Below are positions 11,838-25,511 of a stretch of DNA of 64,000 nt, in pieces. Origin of the DNA: the human T2T-CHM13v2.0 reference genome, Homo sapiens; contig CP068257.2 of NCBI GenBank assembly GCA_009914755.4, positions 832,001 through 896,000 of the forward strand, read 5' to 3'. The position numbers and the translations under genes are program-made. Under the pieces are notes generated by a model. The model made no database searches. It was not told the origin of the DNA and saw only the letters and a list, made by a program, of their open reading frames with translations. Position 1 is the stretch's first letter; every line of letters starts with the position of its first letter.

Positions 11838-13810
11838 TACACGGCATTGTGACTTATCACTGCACTGATCACCCAGGCGATACAACTCTTGTCTAGGCTC
11901 TGCCTACAATGGTCTTGTGATATATCTCTGCACTGATCACCCAGGTGATATAACTCTTCTCTAGGATCTGACCACGGGGTGCTTTGTGACATATCCCTGC
12001 AATGATCACCCAGGTGATATACCACTTGCCAAGGCTCTGCTTACAGGGGCATTGCAATGTATCTCTGCACTGATCACCTAGGTCTTGTAGCTATTTTCTA
12101 GGATCTGCCTACAGGGTGCTTTGTGACGGGTACCAGCAAGGATTACCCAGGTGATGTACCTCTCATCAAGGCTCTGCCTACAGGCACATTGCGATATATC
12201 TCTGCACTGATCACCAAGGTCACGTAACTTTCGTCTAGGCTCTACCTACGATGGTATTGTGACATATCTCTGCACTAATCATCCAAGTGATGTAACACTT
12301 GTCTAGGATGTGCCTAAATTAACTTTTTGACATAACCCTGTACTGATCATCCAGGTGATGGGGCTTTTGTCTAGGCTCTGCCTAAGGGGGCATTGTGACA
12401 TATTTCTGCATTGATCACCCAGGTGGCGAACTCTTCTCTCGGATCTGCCTATGGGGGCATTGGGAGAAATCTCTGCACTGATCACCCAGGTGATGTAACT
12501 GTTGTGTAACCTCTGCCTACAGGGGAATTGTGAGAGATCTCCCCACTGATTACCCAAGTGATGTAACCATTGTCTAGGCTTTGCGTACAGGGGGCTTTGT
12601 GACATACCTTTGCACTGATCAACCAGGTGATGTAACACATCTAAGTTCGGCCTAAAGGAGCTTTGTGACACATCTCTGCACTGATCACTTAGGTGATGTA
12701 ACACTTTTATAATCACTGCCTACAGGGAATTTTGACAAATCTCTGCACTGATCACCTAGGTGATGTAACTCTTGTCTACCCTCTGTCCAACAGGGCATTG
12801 TGAAATATCTCAGGACTGAACACCCAGGTGATTCAACTCTTGACTAGGAACTGCCTACAGAGGTTATTGTGAAATATCTCTGCACTGATAAACTAGGTGG
12901 TGTAACCCTTGTCCAAGCTCTGCCTACAGGGGCGTTTCCACATATCCCTGAACTGATGACAAAGGTGATGTAACTCTTGCCTAGGCTTTGCCTACAGGGG
13001 CATTGGACATATATCTGCACTGATCACCCAGGTGATGCAACTCTTGCCTAGGCTTTGCCTACAGGGGACACTGTGACATATCTCTTCAATGATCACTCAT
13101 GTGATGCATCTCTTGCCTAGGCTTTGACAACAGGGGACATTGTGACATATCTCTGCACTGATCTCCCTGGTACTGTAACTTTAGTCTAGGCTCTGGCTAC
13201 ACGGCATTGTGACATATCACTGCACTGATCAACCAGGTGATATAACTCTTGTATAGGCTCTGCCTACAGGGGGCTTGTGACCTACCTCTGCACTGATCAC
13301 CCAGGTGATATAACTCTTCTCTAGGATCTGCCTACAGGGTGCTTTGTGACATATCCCTGCACTGATCACCCAGGTGACCTAACTCTGGTCTAAGCTCTGC
13401 CTAAAGGGGCATTGTGACAGATCTCTGCACTGATCACTCAGGTGATGTAACTATTGTCTAGGCTCTGCTTAAAGGGGCCTTGTCACATATCCCTGCACTG
13501 ATCACCCAGGTGATGTAACTCTTGTCTAGGCTCTGCTTCCAGGGCATATTGTGACATAACTATGCACTGATCACCTTAGTGATTTAACACTTGTGTAGGC
13601 TCGGCCTACAGAGGAATCTTGACATATCTCTGCACTGTTAAACGAGGTGATTTAACTCTTGTCTAGGCTGTGCCCACAGGGGGATTGAGACATATCTCTG
13701 CACTGATCCCGAGGTGATCCAACTCTTGCCTGGTCTCTGCCTACTGGGGACATTGTGACATATCTCTGCACTGATCTCCCAGGTGCTGTAAATTTTGTCT
13801 AGGCTCTGGC
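11838..13810. repeat. HOR unit 7 (A), 1973 bp; most similar to unit 4
   Basis: peptides at 11665, 11837 and 12303 match 5747, 5919 and 6385. Confidence 0.9.
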
Positions 13811-15783
13811 TACACGGCATTGTGACTTATCACTGCACTGATCACCCAGGCGATACAACTCTTGTCTAGGCTCTGCCTACAATGGTCTTGTGACATATCT
13901 CTGCACTGATCACCCAGGTGATATAACTCTTCTCTAGGATCTGACCACGGGGTGCTTTGTGACATATCCCTGCAATGATCACCCAGGTGATATACCACTT
14001 GCCAAGGCTCTGCTTACAGGGGCATTGCAATGTATCTCTGCACTGATCACCTAGGTCTTGTAGCTATTTTCTAGGATCTGCCTACAGGGTGCTTTCTGAC
14101 GTTTCCCCGCAAGGATTACCCAGGTGATGTACCTCTCATCAAGGCTCTGCCTACAGGCACATTGCGATATATCTCTGCACTGATCACCTAGGTCACGTAA
14201 CTTTTGTCTAGGCTCTACCTACGATGGTATTGTGACATATCTCTGCACTAATCATCCAAGTGATGTAACTCTTGTCTAGGATGTGCCTAAATTAACTTTT
14301 TGACATAACCCTGTACTGATCATCCAGGTGATGGGGCTTTTGTCTAGGCTCTGCCTAAGGGGGCATTGTGACATATTTGTGCATTGATCACCCAGGTGGC
14401 GAACTCTTCTCTCGGATCTGCCTATGGGGGCATTGTGAGAAATCTCTGCAGTGATCACCAGGGTGATGTAACTGTTGTGTAACCTCTGCCTACAGGGGAA
14501 TTGTGAGAGATCTCCCCACTGATTACCCAAGTGATGTAACCATTGTCTAGGCTTTGCGTACAGGGGGCTTTGTGACATACCTTTGCACTGATCACCCAGG
14601 TGATGTAACACATCTAAGTTCGGCCTAAAGGAGCTTTGTGACACATCTCTGCACTGATCACTTAGGTGATGTAACACTTTTATAATCACTGCCTACAGGG
14701 AATTTTGACAAATCTCTGCACTGATCACCTAGGTGATGTAACTCTTGTCTACCCTCTGTCCAACGGGGCATTGTGAAATATCTCAGCACTGAACACCCAG
14801 GTGATTCAACTCTTGACTAGGAACTGCCTACAGAGGTTATTGTGAAATATCTCTGCACTGATAAACTAGGTGGTGTAACCCTTGTCCAAGCTCTGCCTAC
14901 AGGGGCGTTTCCACATATCCCTGAACTGATGACAAAGGTGATGTAACTCTTACCTAGGCTTTGCCTACAGGGACATTGGACATATATCTGCACTGATCAC
15001 CCAGGTGATGCAACTCTTGCCTAGGCTTTGCCTACAGGGTACTCTGTGACATATCTCTTCAATGATCACTCATGTGATGCATCTCTTGCCTAGGCTTTGC
15101 CAACAGGGGACATTGTGACATATCTCTGCACTGATCTCCCTGGTACTGTAACTTTAGTCTAGGCTCTGGCTACACGGCATTGTGACATATCACTGCACTG
15201 ATCAACCAGGTGATATAACTCTTGTATAGGCTCTGCCTACAGGGGGCTTGTGACCTACCTCTGCACTGATCACCCAGGTGATATAACTCTTCTCTAGGAT
15301 CTGCCTACAGGGTGCTTTGTGACATATCCCTGCACTGATCACCCAGGTGACCTAACTCTGGTCTAAGCTCTGCCTAAAGGGGCATTGTGACAGATCTCTG
15401 CACTGATCACTCAGGTGATGTAACTATTGTCTAGGCTCTGCTTAAAGGGGCCTTGTCACATATCCCTGCACTGATCACCCAGGTGATGTAACTCTTGTCT
15501 AGGCTCTGCTTCCAGGGCATATTGTGACATAACTATGCACTGATCACCTTAGTGATTTAACACTTGTGTAGGCTCGGCCTACAGAGGAATCTTGACATAT
15601 CTCTGAACTGTTAAACGAGGTGATTTAACTCTTGTCTAGGCTGTGCCCACAGGGGGATTGAGACATATCTCTGCACTGATCCCGAGGTGATCCAACTCTT
15701 GCCTGGTCTCTGCCTACTGGGGACATTGTGACATATCTCTGCACTGATCTCCCAGGTGCTGTAAATTTTGTCTAGGCTCTGGC
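13811..15783. repeat. HOR unit 8 (A), 1973 bp
   Basis: periodicity and the tacacgg phase motif. Confidence 0.9.
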
Positions 15784-17756
15784 TACACGGCATTGTGACA
15801 TATCACTGCACTGATCACCCAGGCGATACAACTCTTGTCTAGGCTCTGCCTACAATGGTCTTGTGATATATCTCTGCACTGATCACCCAGGTGATATAAC
15901 TCTTCTCTAGGATCTGACCACGGGATGCTTTGTGACATATCCCTGCAATGATCACCCAGGTGATATACCATTTGCCAAGGCTCTGCTTACAGGGGCATTG
16001 CAATGTATCTCTGCACTGATCACCTAGGTCTTGTAGCTATTTTCTAGGATCTGCCTACAGGGTGCTTTGTGACGGGTCCCAGCAAGGATTACCCAGGTGA
16101 TGTACCTCTCATCAAGGCTCTGCCTACAGGCACATTGCGATATATCTCTGCACTGATCACTTAGGTCACGTAACTTTCGTCTAGGCTCTACCTACGATGG
16201 TATTGTGACATATCTCTGCACTAATCATCCAAGTGATGTAACACTTGTCTAGGATGTGCCTAAATTAACTTTTTGACATAACCCTGTACTGATCATCCAG
16301 GTGAAGGGGCTTTTGTCTAGGCTCTGCCTAAGGGGGCATTGTGACATATTTCTGCATTGATCACCCAGGTGGCGAACTCTTCTCTCGGATCTGCCTATGG
16401 GGGCATTGTGAGAAATCTCTGCACTGATCACCCAGGTGATGTAACTGTTGTGTAACCTCTGCCTACAGGGGAATTGTGAGAGATCTCCCCACTGATTACA
16501 CAAGTGATGTAACCATTGTCTAGGCTTTGCGTACAGGGGGCTTTGTGACATACCTTTGCACTGATCACCCAGGTGATGTAACACATCTAAGTTCGGCCTA
16601 AAGGAGCTTTGTGACACATCTCTGCACTAATCACTTAGGTGATGTAACACTTTTATAATCACTGCCTACAGGGAATTTTGACAAATCTCTGCACTGATCA
16701 CCTAGGTGATGTAACGCTTGTCTACCCTCTGTCCAACGGGGCATTGTGAAATATCTCAGGACTGAACACCCAGGTGATTCAACTCTTGACTAGGAACTGC
16801 CTACAGAGGTTATTGTGAAATATCTCTGCACTGATAAACTAGGTGGTGTAAACCTTGTCCAAGCTCTGCCCACAGGGGCGTTTCCACATATCCCTGAACT
16901 GATGACAAAGGTGATGTAACTCTTACCTAGGATTTGCCTACAGGGGCATTGGACATATATCTGCACTGATCACCCAGGTGATGCAACTCTTGCCTAGGCT
17001 TTGCCTACAGGGGACACTGTGACATATCTCTTCAATGATCACTCATGTGATGCATCTCTTGCCTAGGCTTTGCCAACAGGGGACATTGTGACATATCTCT
17101 GCACTGATCTCCCTGGTACTGTAACTTTAGTCTAGGCTCTGGCTACACGGCATTGTGACATATCACTGCACTGATCAACCAGGTGATATAACTCTTGTAT
17201 AGGCTCTGCCTAGAGGGGGCTTGTGACCTACCTCTGCACTGATCACCCAGGTGATATAACTCTTCTCTAGGATCTGCCTACAGGGTGCTTTGTGACATAT
17301 CCCTGCACTGATCACCCAGGTGACCTAACTCTGGTCTAAGCTCTGCCTAAAGGGGCATTGTGACAGATCTCTGCACTGATCACTCAGGTGATGTAACTAT
17401 TGTCTAGGCTCTGCTTAAAGGGACCTTGTCACATATCCCTGCACTGATCACCCAGGTGATGTAACTCTTGTCTAGGCTCTGCTTCCTGGGCATATTGTGA
17501 CATAGCTATGCACTGATCACCTTAGTGATGTAACACTTGTGTAGGCTCGGCCTACAGAGGAATCTTGACATATCTCTTCACTGTTAAACGAGGTGATTTA
17601 ACTCTTGTCTAGGCTGTGCCCACAGGGGGATTGAGACATATCTCTGCACTGATCCCGAGGTGATCCAACTCTTGCCTGGTCTCTGCCTACTGGGGACATT
17701 GTGACATATCTCTGCACTGATCTCCCAGGTGCTGTAAATTTTGTCTAGGCTCTGGC
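15784..17756. repeat. HOR unit 9 (A), 1973 bp
   Basis: periodicity. Confidence 0.9.
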
Positions 17757-19729
17757 TACACGGCATTGTGACTTATCACTGCACTGATCACCCAGGCGAT
17801 ACAACTCTTGTCTAGGCTCTGCCTACAATGGTCTTGTGACATATCTCTGCACTGATCACCCAGGTGATATAACTCTTCTCTAGGATCTGACCACGGGGTG
17901 CTTTGTGACATATCCCTGCAATGATCACCCAGGTGATATACCACTTGCCAAGGCTCTGCTTACAGGGGCATTGCAATGTATCTCTGCACTGATCACCTAG
18001 ATCTTTTAGCTATTTTCTAGGATCTGCCTACAGGGTGCTTTGTGACGGGTCCCAGCAAGGATTACCCAGGTGATGTACCTCTCATCAAGGCTCTGCCTAC
18101 AGGCACATTGCGATATATCTCTGCACTGATCACCTAGGTCACGTAACTTTCGTCTAGGCTCTACCTATGATGGTATTGTGACATATCTCTGCACTAATCA
18201 TCCAAGTGATGTAACACTTGTCTAGGATGTGCCTAAATTAACTTTTTGACATAACCCTGTACTGATCATCCAGGTGATGGGGCTTTTGTCTAGGCTCTGC
18301 CTAAGGGGGCATTGTGACATATTTCTGCATTGATCACCCAGGTGGCGAACTCTTCTCTCGGATCTGCCTATGGGGGCATTGTGAGAAATCTCTGCACTGA
18401 TCACCCAGGTGATGTAACTGTTGTGTAACCTCTGCCTACAGGGGAATTGTGAGAGATCTCCCCACTGATTACCCAAGTGATGTAACCATTGTCTAGGCTT
18501 TGCGTACAGGGGGCTTTGTGACATACCTTTGCACTGACCAACCAGGTGATGTAACACATCTAATTTCGGCCTAAAGGAGCTTTGTGACACATCTCTGCAC
18601 TGATCACTTAGGTGATGTAACACTTTTATAATCACTGCCTACAGGGAATTTTGACAAATCTCTGCACTGATCACCTAGGTGATGTAACTCTTGTCTACCC
18701 TCTGTCCAACGGGGCATTGTGAAATATCTCAGGACTGAACACCCAGGTGATTCAACTCTTGACTAGGAACTGCCTACAGAGGTTATTGTGAAATATCTCT
18801 GCACTGATAAACTAGGTGGTGTAACCCTTGTCCAAGCTCTGCCTACAGGGGCGTTTCCACATATCCCTGAACTGATGACAAAGGTGATGTAACTCTTGCC
18901 TAGGCTTTGCCTACAGGGGCATTGGACATATATCTGCACTGATCACCCAGGTGATGCAACTCTTGCCTAGGCTTTGCCTACAGGGGACACTGTGACATAT
19001 CTCTTCAGTGATCACTCATGTGATGCATCTCTTGCCTAGGCTTTGCCAACAGGGGACATTGTGGCATATCTCTGCACTGATCTCCCTGGTACTGTAACTT
19101 TATTCTAGGCTCTGGCTACACGGCATTGTGACATATCACTGCACTGATCAACCAGGTGATATAACTCTTGTATAGGCTCTGCCTACAGGGGGCTTGTGAC
19201 CTACCTCTGCACTGATCACCCAGGTGATATAACTCTTCTCTAGGATCTGCCTACAGGGTGCTTTGTGACATATCCCTGCACTGATCACCCAGGTGACCTA
19301 ACTCTGGTCTAAGCTCTGCCTAAAGGGGCATTGTGACAGATCTCTGCACTGATCACTCAGGTGATGTAACTATTGTCTAGGCTCTGCTTAAAGGGGCCTT
19401 GTCACATATCCCTGCACTGATCACCCAGGTGATGTAACTCTTGTCTAGGCTCTGCTTCCAGGGCATATTGTGACATAACTATGCACTGATCACCTTAGTG
19501 ATTTAACACTTGTGTAGGCTCGGCCTACAGAGGAATCTTGACATATCTCTGCACTGTTAAACGAGGTGATTTAACTCTTGTCTAGGCTGTGCCCACAGGG
19601 GGATTGAGACATATCTCTGCACTGATCCCGAGGTGATCCAACTCTTGCCTGGTCTCTGCCTACTGGGGACATTGTGACATATCTCTGCACTGATCTCCCA
19701 GGTGCTGTAAATTTTGTCTAGGCTCTGGC
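17757..19729. repeat. HOR unit 10 (A), 1973 bp
   Basis: periodicity. Confidence 0.9.
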
Positions 19730-21633
19730 TACACGGCATTGTGACATATCACTGCACTGATCACCCAGGCGATACAACTCTTGTCTAGGCTCTGCCTACA
19801 ATGGTCTTGTGACATATCTCTGCACTGATCACCCAGGTGATATAACTCTTCTCTAGGATCTGACCACGGGGTGCTTTGTGACATATCCCTGCAATGATCA
19901 CCCAGGTGATATACCACTTGCCAAGGCTCTGCTTACAGGGGCATTGCAATGTATCTCTGCACTGATCACCTAGGTCTTGTAGGTATTTTCTAGGATCTGC
20001 CTACAGGGTGCTTTGTGACGGGTCCCTGCAAGGATTACCCAGGTGATGTACCTCTCATCAATGCTCTGCCTACAGGCACATTGCGATATATCTCTGCACT
20101 GATCACCTAGGTCACGTAACTTTTGTCTAGGCTCTACCTACGATGGTATTGTGACATATCTCTGCACTAATCATCCAAGTGATGTAACACTTGTGTAGGA
20201 TGTGCCTAAATTAACTTTTTGACATAACCCAGTACTGATCATCCAGGTGATGGGGCTTTTGTCTAGGCTCTGCCTAAGGGGGCATTGTGACATATTTCTG
20301 CATTGATCACCCAGGTGGCGAACTCTTCTCTCGGATCTGCCTATGGGGGCATTGTGAGAAATCTCTGCACTGATCACCCAGGTGATGTAACTGTTGTGTA
20401 ACCTCTGCCTACAGGGGAATTGTGAGAGATCTACCCACTGATTACCCAAGTGATGTAACCATTGTCTAGGCTTTGCGTACAGGGGGCTTTGTGACATACC
20501 TTTGCACTGATCACCCAGGTGATGTAACACATCTAAGTTCGGCCTAAAGGAGCTTTGTGACACATCTCTGCACTGATCACTTAGGTGATGTAACACTTTT
20601 ATAATCACTGCCTACAGGGAATTTTGACAAATCTCTGCACTGATCACCTAGGTGATGTAACTCTTGTCTACCCTCTGTCCAACAGGGCATTGTGAAATAT
20701 CTCAGCACTGAACACCCAGGTGATTCAACTCTTGACTAGGAACTGCCTACAGAGGTTATTGTGAAATATCTCTGCACTGATAAACTAGGTGGTGTAACAC
20801 TTGTCCAAGCTCTGCCTACAGGGGCGTTTCCACATATCCCTGAACTGATGACAAAGGTGATGTAACTCTTGCCTAGGCTTTGCCTACAGGGACATTGGAC
20901 ATATATCTGCACTGATCACCCAGGTGATGCAACTCATGCCTAGGCTTTGCCTACAGGGGACACTGTGACATATCTCTTCAATGATCACTCATGTGATGCA
21001 TCTCTTGCCTAGGCTTTGCCAACAGGGGACATTGTGACATATCTCTGCACTGATCTCCCTGCACTGTAACTTTAGTCTAGGCTCTGGCTACACGGCATTG
21101 TGACATATCACTGCACTGATCACCCAGGTGATATAACTCTTCTCTAGGATCTTCCTACAGGGTGCTTTGTGACATATCCCTGCACTGATCACCCAGGTGA
21201 CCTAACTCTGGTCTAAGCTCTGCCTAAAGGGGCATTGTGACAGATCTCTGCACTGATCACTCAGGTGATGTAACTATTGTCTAGGCTCTGCTTAAAGGGG
21301 CCTTGTCACATATCCCTGCACTGATCACCCAGGTGATGTAACTCTTGTCTAGGCTCTGCTTCCAGGGCATATTGTGACATAACTATGCACTGATCACCTT
21401 AGTGATTTAACACTTGTGTAGGCTCGGCCTACAGAGGAATCTTGACATATCTCTGCACTGTTAAACGCGGTGATTTAACTCTTGTCTAGGCTGTGCCCAC
21501 ATGGGGATTGAGACATATCTCTGCACTGATCCCGAGGTGATCCAACTCTTGCCTGGTCTCTGCCTACTGGGGACATTGTGACATATCTCTGCACTGATCT
21601 CCCAGGTGCTGTAAATTTTGTCTAGGCTCTGGC
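19730..21633. repeat. HOR unit 11 (A), 1904 bp, 28 monomers: one monomer (position 21/22 of the HOR) lost by monomer-monomer fusion
   Basis: Around 21112-21150 the sequence reads ctgcactgatcacccaggtgatataactcttctctaggatcttcc, where other units have two monomers (…gatcaaccaggt[gt]atataactcttgtatagg… then …gatcacccaggtgatataactcttctctagg…). Confidence 0.88.
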
Positions 21634-23538
21634 TACACGGCATTGTGACATATCACTGCACTGATCACCCAGGCGATACAACTCTTGTCTAGGCTCTGCC
21701 TACAATGGTCTTGTGACATATCTCTGCACTGATCACCCAGGTGATATAACTCTTCTCTAGGATCTGACCACGGGGTGCTTTGTGACATATCCCTGCAATG
21801 ATCACCCAGGTGATATACCACTTGCCAAGGCTCTGCTTACAGGGGCATTGCAATGTATCTCTGCACTGATCACCTTGGTCTTGTAGGTATTTTCTAGGAT
21901 CTGCCTACAGGGTGCTTTGTGACGGGTCCCAGCAAGGATTACCCAGGTGATGTACCTCTCATCAGTGCTCTGCCTACAGGCACATTGCGATATATCTCTG
22001 CACTGATCACCTAGGTCACGTAACTTTTGTCTAGGCTCTACCTACGATGGTATTGTGACATATCTCTGCACTAATCATCCAAGTGATGTAACACTTGTCT
22101 AGGATGTGCCTAAATTAACTTTTTGACATAACCCAGTACTGATCATCCAGGTGATGGGGCTTTTGTCTAGGCTCTGCCTAAGGGGGCATTGTGACATATT
22201 TCTGCATTGATCACCCAGGTGGCGAACTCTTCTCTCGGATCTGCCTATGGGGGCATTGTGAGAAATCTCTGCACTGATCACCCAGGTGATGTAACTGTTG
22301 TGTAACCTCTGCCTACAGGGGAATTGTGAGAGATCTACCCACTGGTTACCCAAGTGATGTAACCATTGTCTAGGCTTTGCGTACAGGGGGCTTTGTGACA
22401 TACCTTTGCACTGATCACCCAGGTGATGTAACACATCTAAGTTCGGCCTAAAGGAGCTTTGTGACACATCTCTGCCCTGATCACTTAGGTGATGTAACAC
22501 TTTTATAATCACTGCCTACAGGGAATTTTGACAAATCTCTGCACTGATCACCTAGGTGATGTAACTCTTGTCTACCCTCTGTCCAACGGGGCATTATGAA
22601 ATATCTCAGCACAGAACACCCAGGTGATTCAACTCTTGACTAGGAACTGCCTACAGAGGTTATTGTGAAATATCTCTGCACTGATAAACTAGGTGGTGTA
22701 ACCCTTGTCCAAGCTCTGCCTACAGGGGCGTTTCCACATATCCCTGAACTGATGACAAAGGTGATGTAACTCTTGCCTAGGCTTTGCCTACAGGGACATT
22801 GGACATATATCTGCACTGATCACCCAGGTGATGCAACTCTTGCCTAGGCTTTGCCTACAGGGGACACTGTGACATATCTCTTCAATGATCACTCATGTGA
22901 TGCATCTCTTGCCTAGGCTTTGCCAACAGGGGACATTGTGACATATCTCTGCACTGATCTCCCTGGTACTGTAACTTTAGTCTAGGCTCTGGCTACACGG
23001 CATTGTGACATATCACTGCACTGATCACCCAGGTGATATAACTCTTCTATAGGATCTTCCTACAGGGTGCTTTGTGACATATCCCTGCACTGATCACCCA
23101 GGTGACCTAACTCTGGTCTAAGCTCTGCCTAAAGGGGCATTGTGACAGATCTCTGCACTGATCACTCAGGTGATGTAACTATTGTCTAGGCTCTGCTTAA
23201 AGGGGCCTTGTCACATATCCCTGCACTGATCACCCAGGTGATGTAACTCTTGTCTAGGCTCTGCTTCCAGGGCATATTGTGACATAACTATGCACTGATC
23301 ACCTTAGTGATTTAACACTTGTGTAGGCTTGGCCTACAGAGGAATCTTGACATATCTCTGCACTGTTAAACGAGGTGATTTAACTCTTGTCTAGGCTGTG
23401 CCCACAGGGGGATTGAGACATATCTCTGCACTGATCCCGAGGTGATCCAACTCTTGCCTGGTCTCTGCCTACTGGGGACATTGTGACATATCTCTGCACT
23501 GATCTCCCAGGTGCTGTAAATTTTGTCTAGGCTCTGGC
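21634..23538. repeat. HOR unit 12 (A), 1905 bp; carries the same one-monomer deletion and the same gatcttcc variant as unit 11
   Basis: Around 23025-23060: ctgcactgatcacccaggtgatataactcttctataggatcttcc. Confidence 0.88.
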
Positions 23539-25511
23539 TACACGGCATTGTGAATTATCACTGCACTGATCACCCAGGCGATACAACTCTTGTCTAGGCT
23601 CTGCCTACAATGGTCTTGTGACATATCTCTGCACTGATCACCCAGGTGATATAACTCTTCTCTAGGATCTGACCACGGGGTGCTTTGTGACATATCCCTG
23701 CAATAATCACCCAGGTGATATACCACTTGCCAAGGCTCTGCTTACAGGGGCATTGCAATGTATCTCTGCACTGATCACCTAGGTCTTGTAGCTATTTTCT
23801 AGGATCTGCCTACAGGGTGCTTTGTGACGGGTCCCAGCAAGGATTACCCAGGTGATGTACCTCTCATCAAGGCTCTGCCTACAGGCACATTGCGATATAT
23901 CTCTGCACTGATCACCTAGGTCACGTAACTTTTGTCTAGGCTCTACCTACGATGGTATTGTGACATATCTCTGCACTAATCATCCAAGTGATGTAACACT
24001 TGTCTAGGATGTGCCTGAATTAACTTTTTGACATAACCCTGTACTGATCATCCAGGTGATGGGGCTTTTGTCTAGGCTCTGCCTAAGGGGGCATTGTGAC
24101 ATATTTCTGCATTGATCACCCAGGTGGCGAACTCTTCTCTCGGATCTGCCTATGGGGGCATTGTGAGAAATCTCTGCACTGATCACCCAGGTGATGTAAC
24201 TGTTGTGTAACCTCTGCCTACAGGGGAATTGTGAGAGATCTCCCCACTGATTACCCAAGTGATGTAACCATTGTCTAGGCTTTGCGTACAGGGGGCTTTG
24301 TGACATACCTTTGCACTGATCAACCAGGTGATGTAATACATCTAAGTTCGGCCTAAAGGAGCTTTGTGACACATCTCTGCACTGATCACTTAGGTGATGT
24401 AACACTTTTACAATCACTGCCTACAGGGAATTTTGACAAATCTCTGCACTGATCACCTAGGTGATGTAACTCTTGTCTACCCTCTGTCCAACGGGGCATT
24501 GTGAAATATCTCAGGACTGAACACCCAGGTGATTCAACTCTTGACTAGGAACTGCCTACAGAGGTTATTGTGAAATATCTCTGCACTGATAAACTAGGTG
24601 GTGTAACCCTTGTCCAAGCTCTGCCTACAGGGGCGTTTCCACATATCCCTGAACTGATGACAAAGGTGATGTAACTCTTGCCTAGGCTTTGCCTACAGGG
24701 GCATTGGACATATATCTGCACTGATCACCCAGGTGATGCAACTCTTGCCTAGGCTTTGCCTGCAGGGGACACTGTGAAATATCTCTTCAATGATCACTCA
24801 TGTGATGCATCTCCTGCCTAGGCTTTGCCAACAGGGGACATTGTGACATATCTCTGCACTGATCTCCCTGGTACTGTAACTTTAGTCTAGGCTCTGGCTA
24901 CACGGCATTGTGACATATCACTGCACTGATCAACCAGGTGATATAACTCTTGTATAGGCTCTGCCTACAGGGGGCTTGTGACCTACCTCTGCACTGATCA
25001 CCCAGGTGATATAACTCTTCTCTAGGATCTGCCTACAGGGTGCTTTGTGACATATCCCTGCACTGATCACCCAGGTGACCTAACTCTGGTCTAAGCTCTG
25101 CCTAAAGGGGCATTGTGACAGATCTCTGCACTGATCACTCAGGTGATGTAACTATTGTCTAGGCTCTGCTTAAAGGGGCCTTGTCACATATCCCTGCACT
25201 GATCACCCAGGTGATGTAACTCTTGTCTAGGCTCTGCTTCCAGGGCATATTGTGACATAACTATGCACTGATCACCTTAGTGATTTAACACTTGTGTAGG
25301 CTCGGCCTACAGAGGAATCTTGACATATCTCTGCACTGTTAAACGAGGTGATTTAACTCTTGTCTAGGCTGTGCCCACAGGGGGATTCAGACATATCTCT
25401 GCACTGATCCCGAGGTGATCCAACTCTTGCCTGGTCTCTGCCTACTGGGGACATTGTGACATATCTCTGCACTGATCTCCCAGGTACTGTAAATTTTGTC
25501 AAGGCTCTGGC
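23539..25511. repeat. HOR unit 13 (A), 1973 bp
   Basis: periodicity. Confidence 0.9.
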
